Positions 26,046 through 40,200 of a stretch of DNA of 64,000 nucleotides are shown one piece after another. Under the pieces are notes generated by a model, which saw only the letters and a list, made by a program, of their open reading frames with translations, did no database searches and had not been told where the DNA came from. A program made the translations under genes and the position numbers. This DNA is from Trichoplax adhaerens (Eukaryota > Animalia > Placozoa). The stretch covers positions 8,893,070 through 8,957,069 of the forward strand of contig NW_002060943.1 of NCBI RefSeq assembly GCF_000150275.1, in the 5' to 3' direction. Every line of letters begins with the position of its first letter. The stretch's first letter is position 1.

Positions 26046-26973
26046 GTTAGCCTACCGTACACGTCTTGGATCATATCCTGTTAAGGTAGTAATATGAATA
26101 ATACTAATTTTAAAGTATGAGATTTTGTGCATTAAAAATAAAATTTCATACATGCTGTATAAGCAATTTTTTATTCCAAGCCATATACAGCATGACTGCT
26201 TTGGGCAATTTGCCACTTCATCTTGACGTTCATATTAAGCAGTCCATGACTGTACCTCTCACTGACACTGTCATGGACTACAATACTGTACAATGTGTAG
26301 AATTTCTTTCAGGAGCAATGAGTGCATACTTTTATTCCGATTTTTGCATCAAAATTCTCAACATTTTCAACGTGTAGCAAGAGGAAGGTCTAAATGCTAT
26401 CGATTCATAACAAAAATTCAATAGAATCTATCAATTTTGGTCAGTTTTATTTCATTTTTTATTTCATTTTGAAAAATGTGAATCGAATTTCTACTCGCTG
26501 TACACTACAGTGTACAGTACAAAAGCAGTGTCGTACTGTACAGTACTGTACTGCACAGTATAGCGGATTCTCTACAGTGTACAGTACAATATACGGTGCT
26601 ACAGGACGCCTGGACAAAAGCAACCTCTGGACAAGCTGTTGGTGGGTGAATATCATGACAGGTGCATCGGGCCTTTTCGATACCTGGTGTTTTCATTCAT
26701 TGCATCATTCATTGTTGATCAGGAAAGCAACAACGACTAAAAATATCACTTTCAATATTACTTGATCATGATTGATTCTAATAATAGAGATCATTTTATT
26801 CATATTTCTTCATGAGTACAGTACAGTATTTTAATGAACTGCAATTGGCTTGCTTGTATGGGTAACAATGCATTTTAGCCTAAAATTGCAGATAATAATA
26901 GGGGATTATTTATAGTTCAAGTCGGGCTTCTATCGTTAACCAACACCTTGAAAAGGGTAGAGCCATCGACGCG

Positions 26974-26983
26974 TATATATAAG
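26974..26983 (+). promoter_or_regulatory. Candidate TATA box for the first array aminopeptidase
   Basis: tatatataag about 85 bp upstream of ATG 27065 in a locally GC-richer context; weak evidence in an AT-rich genome. Confidence 0.3.
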
Positions 26984-27064
26984 CATTGGCAATCATCGTA
27001 TAGTGTCATTGGCCGCCCTAAAAACGTGAATATTGTCATAGGCCGATAGTAGAATATTGAACAA

Positions 27065-30000
27065 ATGGACGCTGGAGATTCTGATATTGAAAGTCATGAC
27101 AATGATCAATTACTAGGAGATGGGTATAGTAAATCCGATGAGAAAAGAAGACTGTTTAAAACGGCCGATTCATCCGAACAATTCCATTCGGATAGCCGTT
27201 TCACACGCAATAAACGTTGTTTTATCTTTGGTGCAATATTAGCTGGTGTTGTCATCTTAGCCATTTTGATCGGGATCATTGCAAAATCGAAAGCACAAAT
27301 CAACGGTTGTAATCAATTGAGTAGTTCAACCCACGGCAATGATGATAGCTCTCAATTCAATAACATTAGCGTTGACGGGAAAAAATTCCCCTATACGGCA
27401 TCTCGTCTACCATTGCATTTACAGCCTATTCAATATCAACTTTTATTAGTACCAAATATCCAAGCCATGAATTATAGCGGCCAGGTATCGATTATTATCA
27501 GAGTAAAACATCCCGTCGACTACATCGTTCTACACCAACGACAATTATACATAGGTACTATTCACCTTGTTCACACCAGAGATCCATCAAGAAAATTGAA
27601 GGTAGTCCAAGTATTAAAAAATACCTATAACGAGTATTTGTATATTAAAGTTAACGAAACCATGGCAAGGTACAAGTTCTACACTTTGAAAATTCTATTC
27701 AGCGGTCAGATAGCTACCAATAAATTGATTGGAGTCTATAGAAGCATATATACTACAGCGAACGGTGATAAAAGGTAAGACGACATCTCGGCCAGTATCC
27801 ATGTACAGTAAATGTACTTTTACTAGAATAAAGTAGTAGCACAGTCTCACGATAATCCTGCCACAAGATATAACTAGATATAATCTTTCGCCTCTTTTCA
27901 GTAACGATGATAATAAAGTATCATCGTAGTCCAGCACATTTTGTACTTGCCGTTGTCTTAATAGGCAAGTTAGTGCTTCAAAGAATGAAGTACACTGCCA
28001 TTTCTCATTTCTTTTTCATCCATACTAGGAATTTTAAGAGTGGAAATTATCCCTTTTAGTCTCGTATCATTGTGTTTATGCAAAGCATAATGTACTTGAA
28101 TGTGTTTTAAAGTCTTATGGACTAAATTTAATCTGACCTGCAATTCTACAACGTGTAGAGACTCTCCATCTTCGCTTTTAGTATAGTACTGTAACTTCTA
28201 ATTGAACTGTTGTTGCAATCAACACGAGAAAATGTCGCAATTCTTCGTGAATTCGACATTGAAACGACCTTTACATGCTAGTTTTATAAAAATTAGAAAC
28301 TGTTATCGCTCTGAGATTGCGTTTTAATCCATAGGCGCTATAGCCAAACCCAGATTAAAATCCAATCGTAGCTTTTATTTTCTCTCTACTTCTATTGTGC
28401 TGCATGTAGTACCCGGTATACATTTGCTATCCTCGGTTTTAATATAGTGCAGCTTCTAGTTCGACTGTTGTTGCAATCAATAAGTTGAGAGAATGTCGCA
28501 ATTCTTCAATGGATGGTTACGTTGGAGCAACCCCTAGATGCTAGTTTATAAAATTATAAAGTATTATCGCTCTGAGAAGGCGTTCAATCTATATGCGCTG
28601 TAGCCAAACCCATTAAAATCCAATCGTAGCTTTTATTTTCTTTCTATACTGTATCGCCATCGATGAATACATATAGTGGTAATTGTCAACAATAATACTT
28701 TAGCTGAATATTCTCTGCTTGAAACAATTAGTAAAGGTATCGATATTGTCATTACCCTTTTAAGGAGATTTGAACTAGATTATTGATTTAAACTTTAAAA
28801 CCCAATCATCCTTATTTCAGTCGTATTCAAGCCACTTCTTCATACTTGAAGATGGAATCTTAAAAAGCCTAAACTCGAGGTTCACCTTACTTCATCCCTT
28901 TCGTTTTTTTTGTAATGAGTGAACTGATGATGCTATTGATGCATGCTAATATTACAGTAGAATATCTTCAAAGATATCAAAATTGGATGTATTGAAATTT
29001 AGAATTGTTATGAATTTGATCGTTAATAATGGCGTACTTGTATTATGTAATTATCTTCTGTTAAGAGCTAAGCGATGCTGTTGCTACTACACAGAAGATT
29101 GCTAATATTACTCCCTTTGATGTGAACTCCTTCTATTTCAGTTATTTCGAAAATGAATCGGTTTACTGATTATGGTATTCATTTAAGGCGATAGTTGTAC
29201 AGTCCTATGTCTTGAAAATTTACTAGTTCAGCCTGTTGGTACACTTTCGCTAAGTAGGAAACAATGCCATACCATGCTATACTCTACGTTTTTCCTAGTT
29301 TCATTTGCTTAGTAAAGCAATAAATGGGTTGGATATTATTCATAAGGGGTTGAGAATGGTAAAGAATTTGTGTGTATCTTTAGTACATCGAAATTTAATA
29401 TACTCGCAAGTTATTAATAGAACACGCCAATGCTTTGTTATAACGTATCTTATACTACTGTATACGCGGACGTTAGAGGGATATCATAATTTAAAACATA
29501 CATAGTAAAAGGGAACTAGTGCTAACATTAAAGGATGCTTAAGTAAACTTTAGCCTTGTTACCATTAGACTTCCGCTTGGATATTAAATAATGCCTTTAT
29601 GCAGTACTGCATCATCAACTGGGAGCGTCTCTATTAGTACGAACAGTACTAATAACAGCATGCAGAGCTATAATAACTGTAGAAGCTGGGGAATTTCTAT
29701 CCTATTTGATTAATGTACTGTTTTATTCCGAAAGGAAATCAGTTTCTATTTTAAAAAAACAACATTGTTTTGCGATCTATTATCATTATCCACTCAAATT
29801 GTAATTTATAATACTAGATTTTGTACCATAGCTTCTACTTACGGTATAATCGCGAACACTCTACCGTTTCATCTGGAATCCTATGGAATCGCTACAGTTA
29901 CTTTTATATCGAGCATAGTTTTCAAAATTTAGTTTGTGTTGCAAATTGTATACTATACTACTGATATAAAAGCATAAATTAGTTAAGCGTCTCAACCAAT

Positions 30001-33000
30001 TTTCTTTCATTTTATCTTTTCTTCTGCTGTAGAGTAACGATATCAACCGATTTTGAACCTGCCGATGCTAGATCAGCCTTTCCTTGTTTCGATGAACCAA
30101 CTTTTAAATCTCATTTCAAAATAAGTATAATACGGCCTCTTGTTGATAAATGGGTAGCACTGTCAAATATGCCTATAGAATCAATTACCAATCTGCAGAA
30201 TGGTTATGCTCAAATTAACTTTGCCAATTCAACTTACATGAGCACCTATCTAGTTGCTTTCATCCTATGCCAGTTTGATTCACTAACAACGAATACTTCC
30301 AATGGCATTATGGTAATAATAATCATTCTTCATGTACTGTACGGTATTAATGTAATATTATTTAAAGTTGCCAGTGAAACTTAGTATATAAATTTTTCCT
30401 ACTGTCAAAGTCGAGAATCAATAGTCAATACTATCTTCTATGCCAAGAAGTTAATATTGATTATTCAGATATCATTTAGTATTTTTTAGTTACGTCTTAG
30501 TGATAATTATAACGGCAGTCTTCGTTCTTAATAAAGGTACGCACATGGTCGGTACCTCGCCAAATAAGCAAAACGCAGTATGCCCTAAATGTAGCTAGAG
30601 AAGTTCTAATGTTTTATGAAGATTATTTTGGTATAGATTACCCATTACCGAAATTAGGTAAAAGAATCTCTTTTTGATAGTCTTTCCACTTGAATTTAAT
30701 CTTTATTTAGCATATCACATCAAAGTTACACTACAACATCATTCTCAAAGAAGACTTTAAATTTATCTTGTCTTATATAGATATAGTTGGGGTACCATTT
30801 TTTTCATCCTCAGCTATGGAAAATTGGGGTTTACTCTTCTTTAAAGAAACCTCTTTGTTATATGATAATACAACTGCCTCTACGTTAGACCGCCAGGCAA
30901 TCTCAACGACAGTTTGTCATGAAATCGCTCATCAGGTAAGCAAATCGCATCTTAGCGCTATGTAGCAGAATACTAAGCAAAAAGGATCATGAAATAGATT
31001 GGGTACTAATCTCAATTTAATATTTTAATATTATAGTGGTTCGGCAATTTAGTTACGCTAACTTGGTGGAATAATTTATGGTTAAATGAAGGATTTGCTT
31101 CCTATATGGAAAATATTGGAGCTAGCTACACAAATCCCGAGTTTCAGATGGTTTGTTCCATTAGCTCTTCATGGATATTGATTCTGCACAGACTACGATA
31201 CAGAACCAAATCAATATATAATTATAGCTTAGACTTTGTTTAGTAGTCTCTATAGTTAATTTCACCTTCAAAAATCATCGAAATATTTATCAAAACTTCA
31301 CGATTCCATAAATGGTTTGATATATAGTATTTAAATTACAGATGCGTCAATTCCCAATGACATCTACAAGTCGCGCAATGAGAGTAGATGGCTACAAAAG
31401 TGCTAAACCAATTTCAGTTCAAGTTACTACTGTTCGCCAAATTGGAACTATGTTTAATGCAATATCTTATGACAAGGTTTTTGATCTTAGTAAAAATAAG
31501 AATTTTTTTACTATTCATGTTATTCTATTTATTAACTTTATAAAGTTAAGGTCATCAGCTAATAGACTTAGTAACCAGTCCTTACGTATTTGTAGCTAAA
31601 TTACGTTACAAATTGTAAGCTATCCCTAAATATTTAAATTATATCTCTTATACAATTGTTAGGGAGCCGCGCTATTGCATATGCTTCATACAGAATTGGG
31701 AGATTTAGCATTTCGTAAAGGGATACAGATATATCTTAACAAGCACAAATTTTCGAACGCTGACGATAGCGATTTATGGAAAGCGTTTAGAAAGGTATCT
31801 CTAATTATTAAAATTGTTACTTTCCAAAAGACGTTTTATTATAAGTTTTAGTAAAAATTTGATACGGTAATGCTCTGATACATTTCCAATTTTGCAATAC
31901 TATACTTCAATACGCATCTTTTATAGCAGAAACGATGTTACGTAGGATAGAAATCAGTATATTGTAATCGGTTATGATGCTGACTCTATGTTAGTGCCGT
32001 AACTAATTCCTATGGAATTACTGGATAAGTTATTGAAATAGATTTCTGTACAATGTTATACAAAAGTATAAAAAACAAGGATTTTGTACTTCTGCGAACT
32101 ACAGTACTGTAAACATTCAATTTCGTGATAATAATCTCGTTGCAGATAGCGTTTTACATTTGCAGTAGATACCGTCTCATCTTACTGCAATTTATAAATG
32201 ATGATTGATATATGCGTATTGTATTAAACCTTTCATTCTAGCATAGCTAGAAGGCAAAATTAGACGGAGTATATTATTGTAAGATTTTGATATATCTTTG
32301 CACCATTATACTGTATGTTAGTTTGTCAAATGTCAGTAGTAAAAATAGCGATGATGAAAGCTTAACTTTCCGCCTGTTATTATGTATAGATAACTTTATT
32401 AATTTTAGTAAGCCTGTGCTTAATGGTTACAGCAATGTGTACATGAGTTTTAAAAAAGCATATGAAAACTTAATCCTCAGTTATCGGTACCATGTTATGA
32501 TCGGTTATGATCTATTTTTTTACGTACTTATGGCTTTTTGTCTAAAATACCTTATCTTAGTAAAGTATTATTGGATATGATTAAGTGGTGACAGTATAAA
32601 ATGACACGACGTATAGTATAAGAATTGCTTATGACCCTAATCACTAATTACGAATATCACTTGATTGACTCAATATTCCTTCATATAAATGTTGCGATCA
32701 TGCCAACATTTTACTTGATGAAACTAATGATACCAATTCATAATTTCTTTAAGTGACATAATATATCTTGACGTTAAAATTAAATTACTATATCAAGCCA
32801 TATTCATAAAATATTAATACCTCTCTGATGGGATTGGAACAATTTTATTTTAAGGCAGTGCATGGCCAATACGACGTTGAGGGATTGATGAATACTTGGA
32901 CAAAGCAGTCCCATTTTCCAGTTATTACGATACAAAAATTAACGCAAGGCAAGTTAGGCATCACGCAGCAATTGTATAAGATTAATCCAACTAGCGATCA

Positions 33001-35610
33001 AACCAAATCAAAGCCACCAGTCTACGGGTAAATAAGTTGAAAGTTATTACACTGATTATTCGACTTTGTAATGTGTGATTTCAAATCACTGCAATAACTA
33101 ACTGTATATGCTACTATTTGTTCATGATATTTAGATATAAATGGTATGTTCCTGTCTCAGTTAAAACGTCCAACGGAGAAACTTATAGACATTTACTAAA
33201 AATGGATAATGGTTAGCTCACCTTTATAGATCCGAAATACTAGATAGTGTATTTCTTGAGTCTATGATATAATGCATTCTTATTTATAGGCGGCGTTTTT
33301 AAAAGTGTGTTATGTAACACATCGAATATAACTTATAATTACAAATAGCTTGTATTCATGTCGTACTTTAAGTGCGTAAAACATATTGTTCCGCTAGGTA
33401 CAATACCCACCACCGCAGACTTTAGATGGATTAAGGGTAACTTGAATCAAAGTGGCTATTACAGAGTTAACTATGATGCTCAAAATTGGAGGGAATTGGA
33501 GAAACAGCTCAGCCAAAAACATACGGTTATTTAAATTAATAGCAGCTAATAATTTATGTATTAAATTTAACATACTAACAGCCTTGGCAATACTTGCACG
33601 TAAAGATCATATTCAACTTATATATGATTAGTTAAAATAATTCATTAATTTTTACTTGAATTAAATATTTATCATAGGAACTAAACGAGCTCGATCGGTT
33701 TGGATTATTAGATGACTCTCTTGCTTTATCAAAGTACTTAAAATACTACGTACAAATCAAAAATTAGCAACTCTAATTTTTATTCTTCCAGCATACACGC
33801 TTTAAATATAGTGTAACTTATTTAATGCTCACGGATAGGACTGGATTATTAGCTGCAAGAACGTTTCTTTCACTTACATGGTACATGGACAAAGAAAGAA
33901 ACTATTTACCTGTTAAAGCCGCTTTGGATGGTATATTTTATATACATTCTCTGCTAACCGCGGAAGCAGACAGAAAAAACGCAGAGGTGCAGATTTCATT
34001 AGACGTAGTATTTTCAGTAACTTAGGTGTTGGAATCTATTCCGTAGTGTGTTAAATTATTTAGTTACCATTATATTATTGTCAATAAAAAATATTTCAGA
34101 ATGTAGCGAAAGTAATTTACTGAGTCTAATGCTAATAACTATATTCATAGATTACATCTACCGTTAATATTGTACATTTTAATTGCTTTATGTATTTTTA
34201 ATATGCCAATATAGAAATATTTACTGAACAAAGTAAAGCCTATCTATGAATATCTCGGTTGGCTCGATGATGGACCACCTTTCAGACAGTAAGTAAATTA
34301 TTGAATTCACAGCTAGTTTTTACAATTCTTACAGACTTTTACTCTGGATAAATCATTAGAGGTAGCTTTAGGTTGTGCTGGTCAACCCTGAAACTGTTAT
34401 AAAACTTTTTAATGCCATCTTGTAGATACCTACGAACCGTAGTGATAGGTGCCTTGTGCAGCATTAACTACCCGGACGTGGTAGATAGAAGTAAAGCTCT
34501 CTTTAAGGACTGGCTTACTAATCCAAATATGTAGGTTGTTATATATCGCTAGAATTTATAGGAAAGCTTCTATACGTTATTCAGATTGATAAAATTCATA
34601 ATGGTACAAATATTACTTATAAAAATTGTGATCTTTTAGCCTGTAATAGCTTGATACAAATTTGTTGCTAACGCTTTAAATCGGATAGAACTATTAATGG
34701 AAAAATATATCCTGTATTTCAATTTACGTAGATGATTAGTATTTTATTTCCTCCGATTTCTCCTTTATAGTCACTAATACAGCTAAGATTGTAATTGTAC
34801 CGATACTCTGTTATATTACTATTCACTAAGCGATACCTCTCCATTAATATCGTAAAATTAGGTAAAGTAATAAGGGAGCATTTGTCTATAGTAACGTATA
34901 ATTTTTCTGGAAATCTTTTTCGTTGCAAGTATTTAGAAATGAATACGATGTTTTATTATATACTACTTTTTACGTTCGCAAGGGAGGTATCCGTTATGAA
35001 GCTGATAGTATTTTATTTCTTATTAATGCCTATACAATGTATAGGGCTTGATTGTTTATGATTTGATGTCAATATTTATTAACATCATGAAGGATTCCAT
35101 AACGTACGATGTTTTAGCAAAAGTTCAGTTATCTACTTATTTGATAATTTTTCTGTATTATAATCTTAATCATGAATATGATATTAGAGTACCAGCAAAT
35201 TTGGAAAATGTAGTTCTTGACTGTGCAATTATGAATGGTGATGAAAATGATTGGAACAAAATGTTCACCAAATACATTCAATCTCAAAATCCCATTGACA
35301 AGGCAAAATATTTAGCAACTCTTGGCGTAATCCGAGATCGAAAACTTTTGTATCAGTAAGTTTAAATGACAGATTCAAGTTCAAGCAGTTTATTTACTTA
35401 TCATATAAGCAAGTAAGCGATACATATCTGCTATGTAGAATAACTTTGATATTTGAATAAATCGTGCAGATTACTAGATTCTTCTATGAAGGAAGACATC
35501 ATAGGTCTCGGCGATACCGTTAATGTCATCACCTCAGTTGCTAATAACCCATTGGGCAAATCTATGGCATGGCAGTTTACAGTGCGGCATTGGAAAGACT
35601 TAATGTCTAG
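27065..35610 (+). CDS. Type II membrane M1 aminopeptidase, IRAP/ERAP-like (array paralog A); 3' end missing at the assembly gap
   Basis: Exon 1 27065-27774: cytosolic tail, [29 protein letters not shown]. Exon from 30033: [26 protein letters not shown] (30810), [45 protein letters not shown]. Last visible exon 35470-35610 ([11 protein letters not shown]); the final two exons are not seen. Confidence 0.95.
28194..28650. repeat. Intronic diverged direct duplication, period about 259 bp
   Basis: actgttgttgcaatcaa..aatgtcgcaattcttc..ttatcgctctgaga..tagccaaaccca..ttaaaatccaatcgtagctttt occurs at about 28194 and about 28453. Confidence 0.9.
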
Positions 35611-35665
35611 GTACGTTAAAATGCTAAGGTATAATTATTTAGCAACTTGAATGTTTAAAGGGAGG

Positions 35666-35715
35666 NNNNNNNNNNNNNNNNNNNNNNNNNNNNNNNNNNN
35701 NNNNNNNNNNNNNNN
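35666..35715. other. Assembly gap (50 N)
   Basis: Run of n characters. Confidence 1.
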
Positions 35716-37257
35716 CGCTACTGTATCCTCACAAGATGACAAGAGTAATTGAAAATAAACCAGATTCTCATTCGTAATCATGGGTCTTACGTAGTGTTCA
35801 CTGTTTGTTTACTAGAAAATCCTTTTACAGTATAATTTAAACAATGGTTATTAGGAGATAGTCGAAGATTTTAATTTCGGGTGATAATAGAGTTAATGGC
35901 TATAAAAATTCTCATATCTTACCAATTAACAACATAGGAGCCCAAGATGATGATTTTAAGAATTTCTACCGCTATAGACGATCAATATACTATTCCATCA
36001 TGAGTAATACCGAGTAGCGAGTAGCAGCATCATTTTTTCAGATGCTTTTATTAAAAGTCATTTATAACAGTTTTTGACATAAATTTAGCAATGACGTTAT
36101 TGATTTAACAATAAAAGAAAATCGGCGTCTGTTCAAATTTCCTTATAAGTATAGGCCTGAATTGCCTTCATACCTGCTTTATCACTATTACTAAAGAATT
36201 ATTTTTTAAAATTTGACTGACATTGGATTATGATTTTGATCTTCAATCGTCATAGTTTAAAAGCTAGTAAAATATTGTTTTGGACAGTTTTTAGTTAATT
36301 GATACGTTTATGATTTACGAGAATGATGAACTTTGATTGAATTATTACTATATCAAACAGATAATGGTAAATATTGCCGATAGCTTGCTATAGTCGAATA
36401 AAACGGTTAGTTTACTATTAGACCGTTACGTTTATTGATTATAACTATTTTAATTAAAATAGTCGATAAGTCAAGCAATATTATTGCTAAGACAGATCAA
36501 AAAATGCTCGGATGAGAGCGTTAAAGTAGTAAATTAGCCGTTATTAATGCTTATACTCTCTCTTTCGATGGCCTATTGATTGTCGATAACGCTGCTTCAT
36601 GTAGAAGGAATTTAAAGTTATTTTTCTGCGCCAGCTATTGTCAAACAAAATTGTTTTCTTCTCTTTCATGCAATTTCCTAATAATAAATTTTATCGATTG
36701 TCTTGCGTATTAAATCAGTATAATAGCAATAAAAATGAAATTTACATGGCTAAGAATAGTTTTCTATACAAAATTGGTCATAAAAAGGATGATAAATGTA
36801 TTGTAACTCCTTTGTTATAATTCGACAATATCAGTTTTTATGATCATGATCGATGCAAGCAGTTTGCATAGAGAAAAACCTATAGTATAGTTGCGATCAA
36901 CCAAGACAAACTCAGTATTAAAAAATTGATAGCAGCAAATGAATTGAACTGATTATACTACAGAGAAGAAAAGATTGCATAAAAACTCAACTGAAAATTG
37001 CCCTACTTTAAAGAGGTTAATAAATTGTGTTTCCTGAATATTTCAACAGACAAAGTAAAGTGTACTGCTAGTAGTTGCAAAGAGTCATTGATATTGCTCA
37101 TTCTCGTATGCTATCTTTTCACTCATGTTGTAAAAATAGGCTTAAAAATTACTGATTTCTTCATGGTTATTTTTGAAGTAGTTATTTAATAGAAATTAAT
37201 TTATCTTATAATAACGAACCTAACTTTTAAATTGTTGTTCAATTTGAAGAAAAAGCG

Positions 37258-40200
37258 ATGGTCAACGAGGCAAAATATCAACTAATCCAGAGTCGAAATG
37301 ACGATGATGGACCCGATGAAGTTCCTGATATAGATAGTACCATTAAATGTTGCTGCTGCCGAATAATGAAACATCGGGCTTATTTCTATTGCTTTGTACT
37401 TACAATAGTATTACTGTTTGCTATGATTTCTTTGGTATTAGCCATTGTATCACAAAATTATATTCGGCCCTCCGTTTCCAATAATGACACATCCAAATGT
37501 ACAAGTAACATCAACTTTACACCGTCATCGAATCAAGATCCTGCCAGACTAGCTTCTACCTCTACTAATGGTGAACTATTCCCTTATAGTCACACACGAT
37601 TGCCACAAACTATATTCCCATTACATTATGAGATCTACTTGCATCCTAACTACGCTAAATTACAAACTCATGGTGAAATTAAAATTAATCTAAGCTGTGT
37701 ACAAGCTACATCGTTCATTTTGATTCATGCCAAAGATATCGATATTCAATCCGTCTTGATTACCGATTTCAGGCAACATCCTATAAATGTCAGTAAAACT
37801 TTACAAAACAACTACAACGATTTCTACTATATTCAAATGAAAGAATCTTTTCAACCTGATCAAAATTACAACCTGGAGATGACTTTTATCAGTAAGATTT
37901 CAACAGAAAAGCTGCAAGGATTTTACCGAGCAAGCTACAGGGATATGACTGGCAATAATAGGTTAGCTGATCTATGATTTATGTTCTTTATCTGTAGCTT
38001 TACTTTTAAGAGACAACGGTAAATTATGATATAAGTATATAACTAGGATCAGTTACAGTAAACCAAAAGTGATCGATTTTCCACGATATTGTTACAAAAT
38101 GGTATCTTATAACTGTTAAAAATGTGAAATGCTAGCATTAGATATTGCCATCTTCGCTAAACCTGAAAAATTTTTATTTGACAAATCCTAATGGTTTCGA
38201 TCTTGCAAATGACTTATTATATTTTTATGGACTATGTTATTATCGATGAATAAGGCAGTCAACTTACTAAGTTTTCTAATAAATCTTCTGTTAGCTATAT
38301 TACTATAGGCACAGTCGACATTAGATCAGCACAAATATTTAATTAATCCGTTATATCCAGCAAGTAAATATTCTATCTGCCAACCGTTCAAATGATATTT
38401 ACCATAAATAGAAAGGATGTTTCAATAATCAGTTAAATTCACTGTATTGCCGGGAATTACACCTACGTTAGTGAAATGAAGTCATACATATATATATATA
38501 TAAATAAGATCAAATGATCCATAAAATATAGACTACATTAAGTACCAATATTCATTAACATCAGTTTTCCATCTGAAATTGAGTTATCCTAGCGAAGAAT
38601 TTCTACTGCCAAAGATTAAACTTACTTTTTACATCTTTATATAATCTAAGTCGAATATTCTTTCTTTGCATCATCATATGGTGACCCATGAATAAGTTGA
38701 ATTACTGTACTAATACTATATGATCTCAACTAGCATTGCTTACGAAATTCATAATTCTTAAATTCAATGTTAAATTACTGTAAAGCACTAAATAATTCAT
38801 TCTTTTTCTAATCCCATAACGAGTATATCTAAAGTTAAACTTAGTCGCTGTATACTTAGTACTAAATGATATAGATATAGTTTCATGTCTATTTTAATTG
38901 ATCTAAGTATAGAGCTGGATCCTTTCTAAATTTCGAGACGTTTGTATCTACAGTTACAATAGATGCCTTTACCAACTCTAGAAAACGTGATTCTAGTGTC
39001 CCTAATACTGTTCCAGATTAATTTAAATTTAATATTTCGAAAATCCCCCAAATTTATATTTTGATTGTGGAAATTTGGTTACTTCTATTGCTATAGGCTA
39101 ATCAAAATCTAGTACTTTTTCAAAGCTGAGTAACACGTATATCGATGATAAACGATAAACTGTTTATAAGCGCTAGATAGGTTAAATCTAGTTATATTTT
39201 ATTAGTTTTATGCTGCCCAAATCTAGTAGTTGATCGAAATCTATAACATATGGATCTATAGTTGAATCAATAGATACAGGTAGCTCGTAATAGTCGTAAC
39301 CTAAATTATGTATTAGGATAGTCTAGGTAAATTTAGTTTATATATCGTTAAATAATCTAGATCAATTACGGCATTACATCTAAATTTTATAACGCACCAC
39401 GTGGATTTCATTCCAGTCAATTTGCGAAAATAGGAACGTTTCTCTAAATGTAATTTAATTTTAAATTTATGACATATATATATATCATAGCCACGGTTAA
39501 GCTTACTTATCGAGCTGTTGGTGTACATTATGTATTTTCTAATTCCGGTATTATTTCCAAAATTTCGTTTCATACAGCCTTAGACATATATTTCAAACTT
39601 GATGCTATATCTAAATACCTTCACATAACCTATCTATATAGCATAAATACCGTTGAGTAAAATTACCGATACTATCCCTTGAGATAAAAATTTCTATTTG
39701 TTATTCTATCTAATTAGGTTAACGAGTTTTCTTGCAATAGTTAATACAACCCTACATTTTATTCTTTACTGAGAAGTTAAAAAGCGGTCCTAACAAATGC
39801 AGATATCGGGAAATGTAACTTATACTTTATGTATGGGGGTTAGCTTTCTGCAGTAATAAAAATTGCCAACTTGCAATCTTTTACACGAGCAAATCGATGA
39901 TATCCGTCATAATTTTATAGCTCCTAACTACCGATAGCATCTTATAAGACTTACTAATAGACTGAATTATCCCTAGTAGCATGCTTTAAATTAATAGATT
40001 CTTTCATAATTTATATAAAACCTTAGCATCAATAACCTATTTCAAATGATAATTAATTACTGATATTATAATTATTTGCTGGATAGGTATATGTATGTTA
40101 CCCAATTTGAAGCTGCTTCTGCGAGATCTGCCTTTCCTTGTTTTGATGAACCCGGTATGAAGGTTACTGTATCTTTAACTATTGTAAGACCAAGCGGCTA

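Noticed and set aside
26117-26765. Overlapping ORFs rich in CTVQY/TVLY
   Set aside because: Artefacts of the TACAGTAC simple repeats, open on both strands.
35816-36016. Post-gap segments (FKQWLLGDSRRF*, GAQDDDFKNFYRYRRS..) as last exons of paralog A
   Set aside because: The first has an in-frame stop just upstream, and neither aligns to the paralogs' terminal exons.
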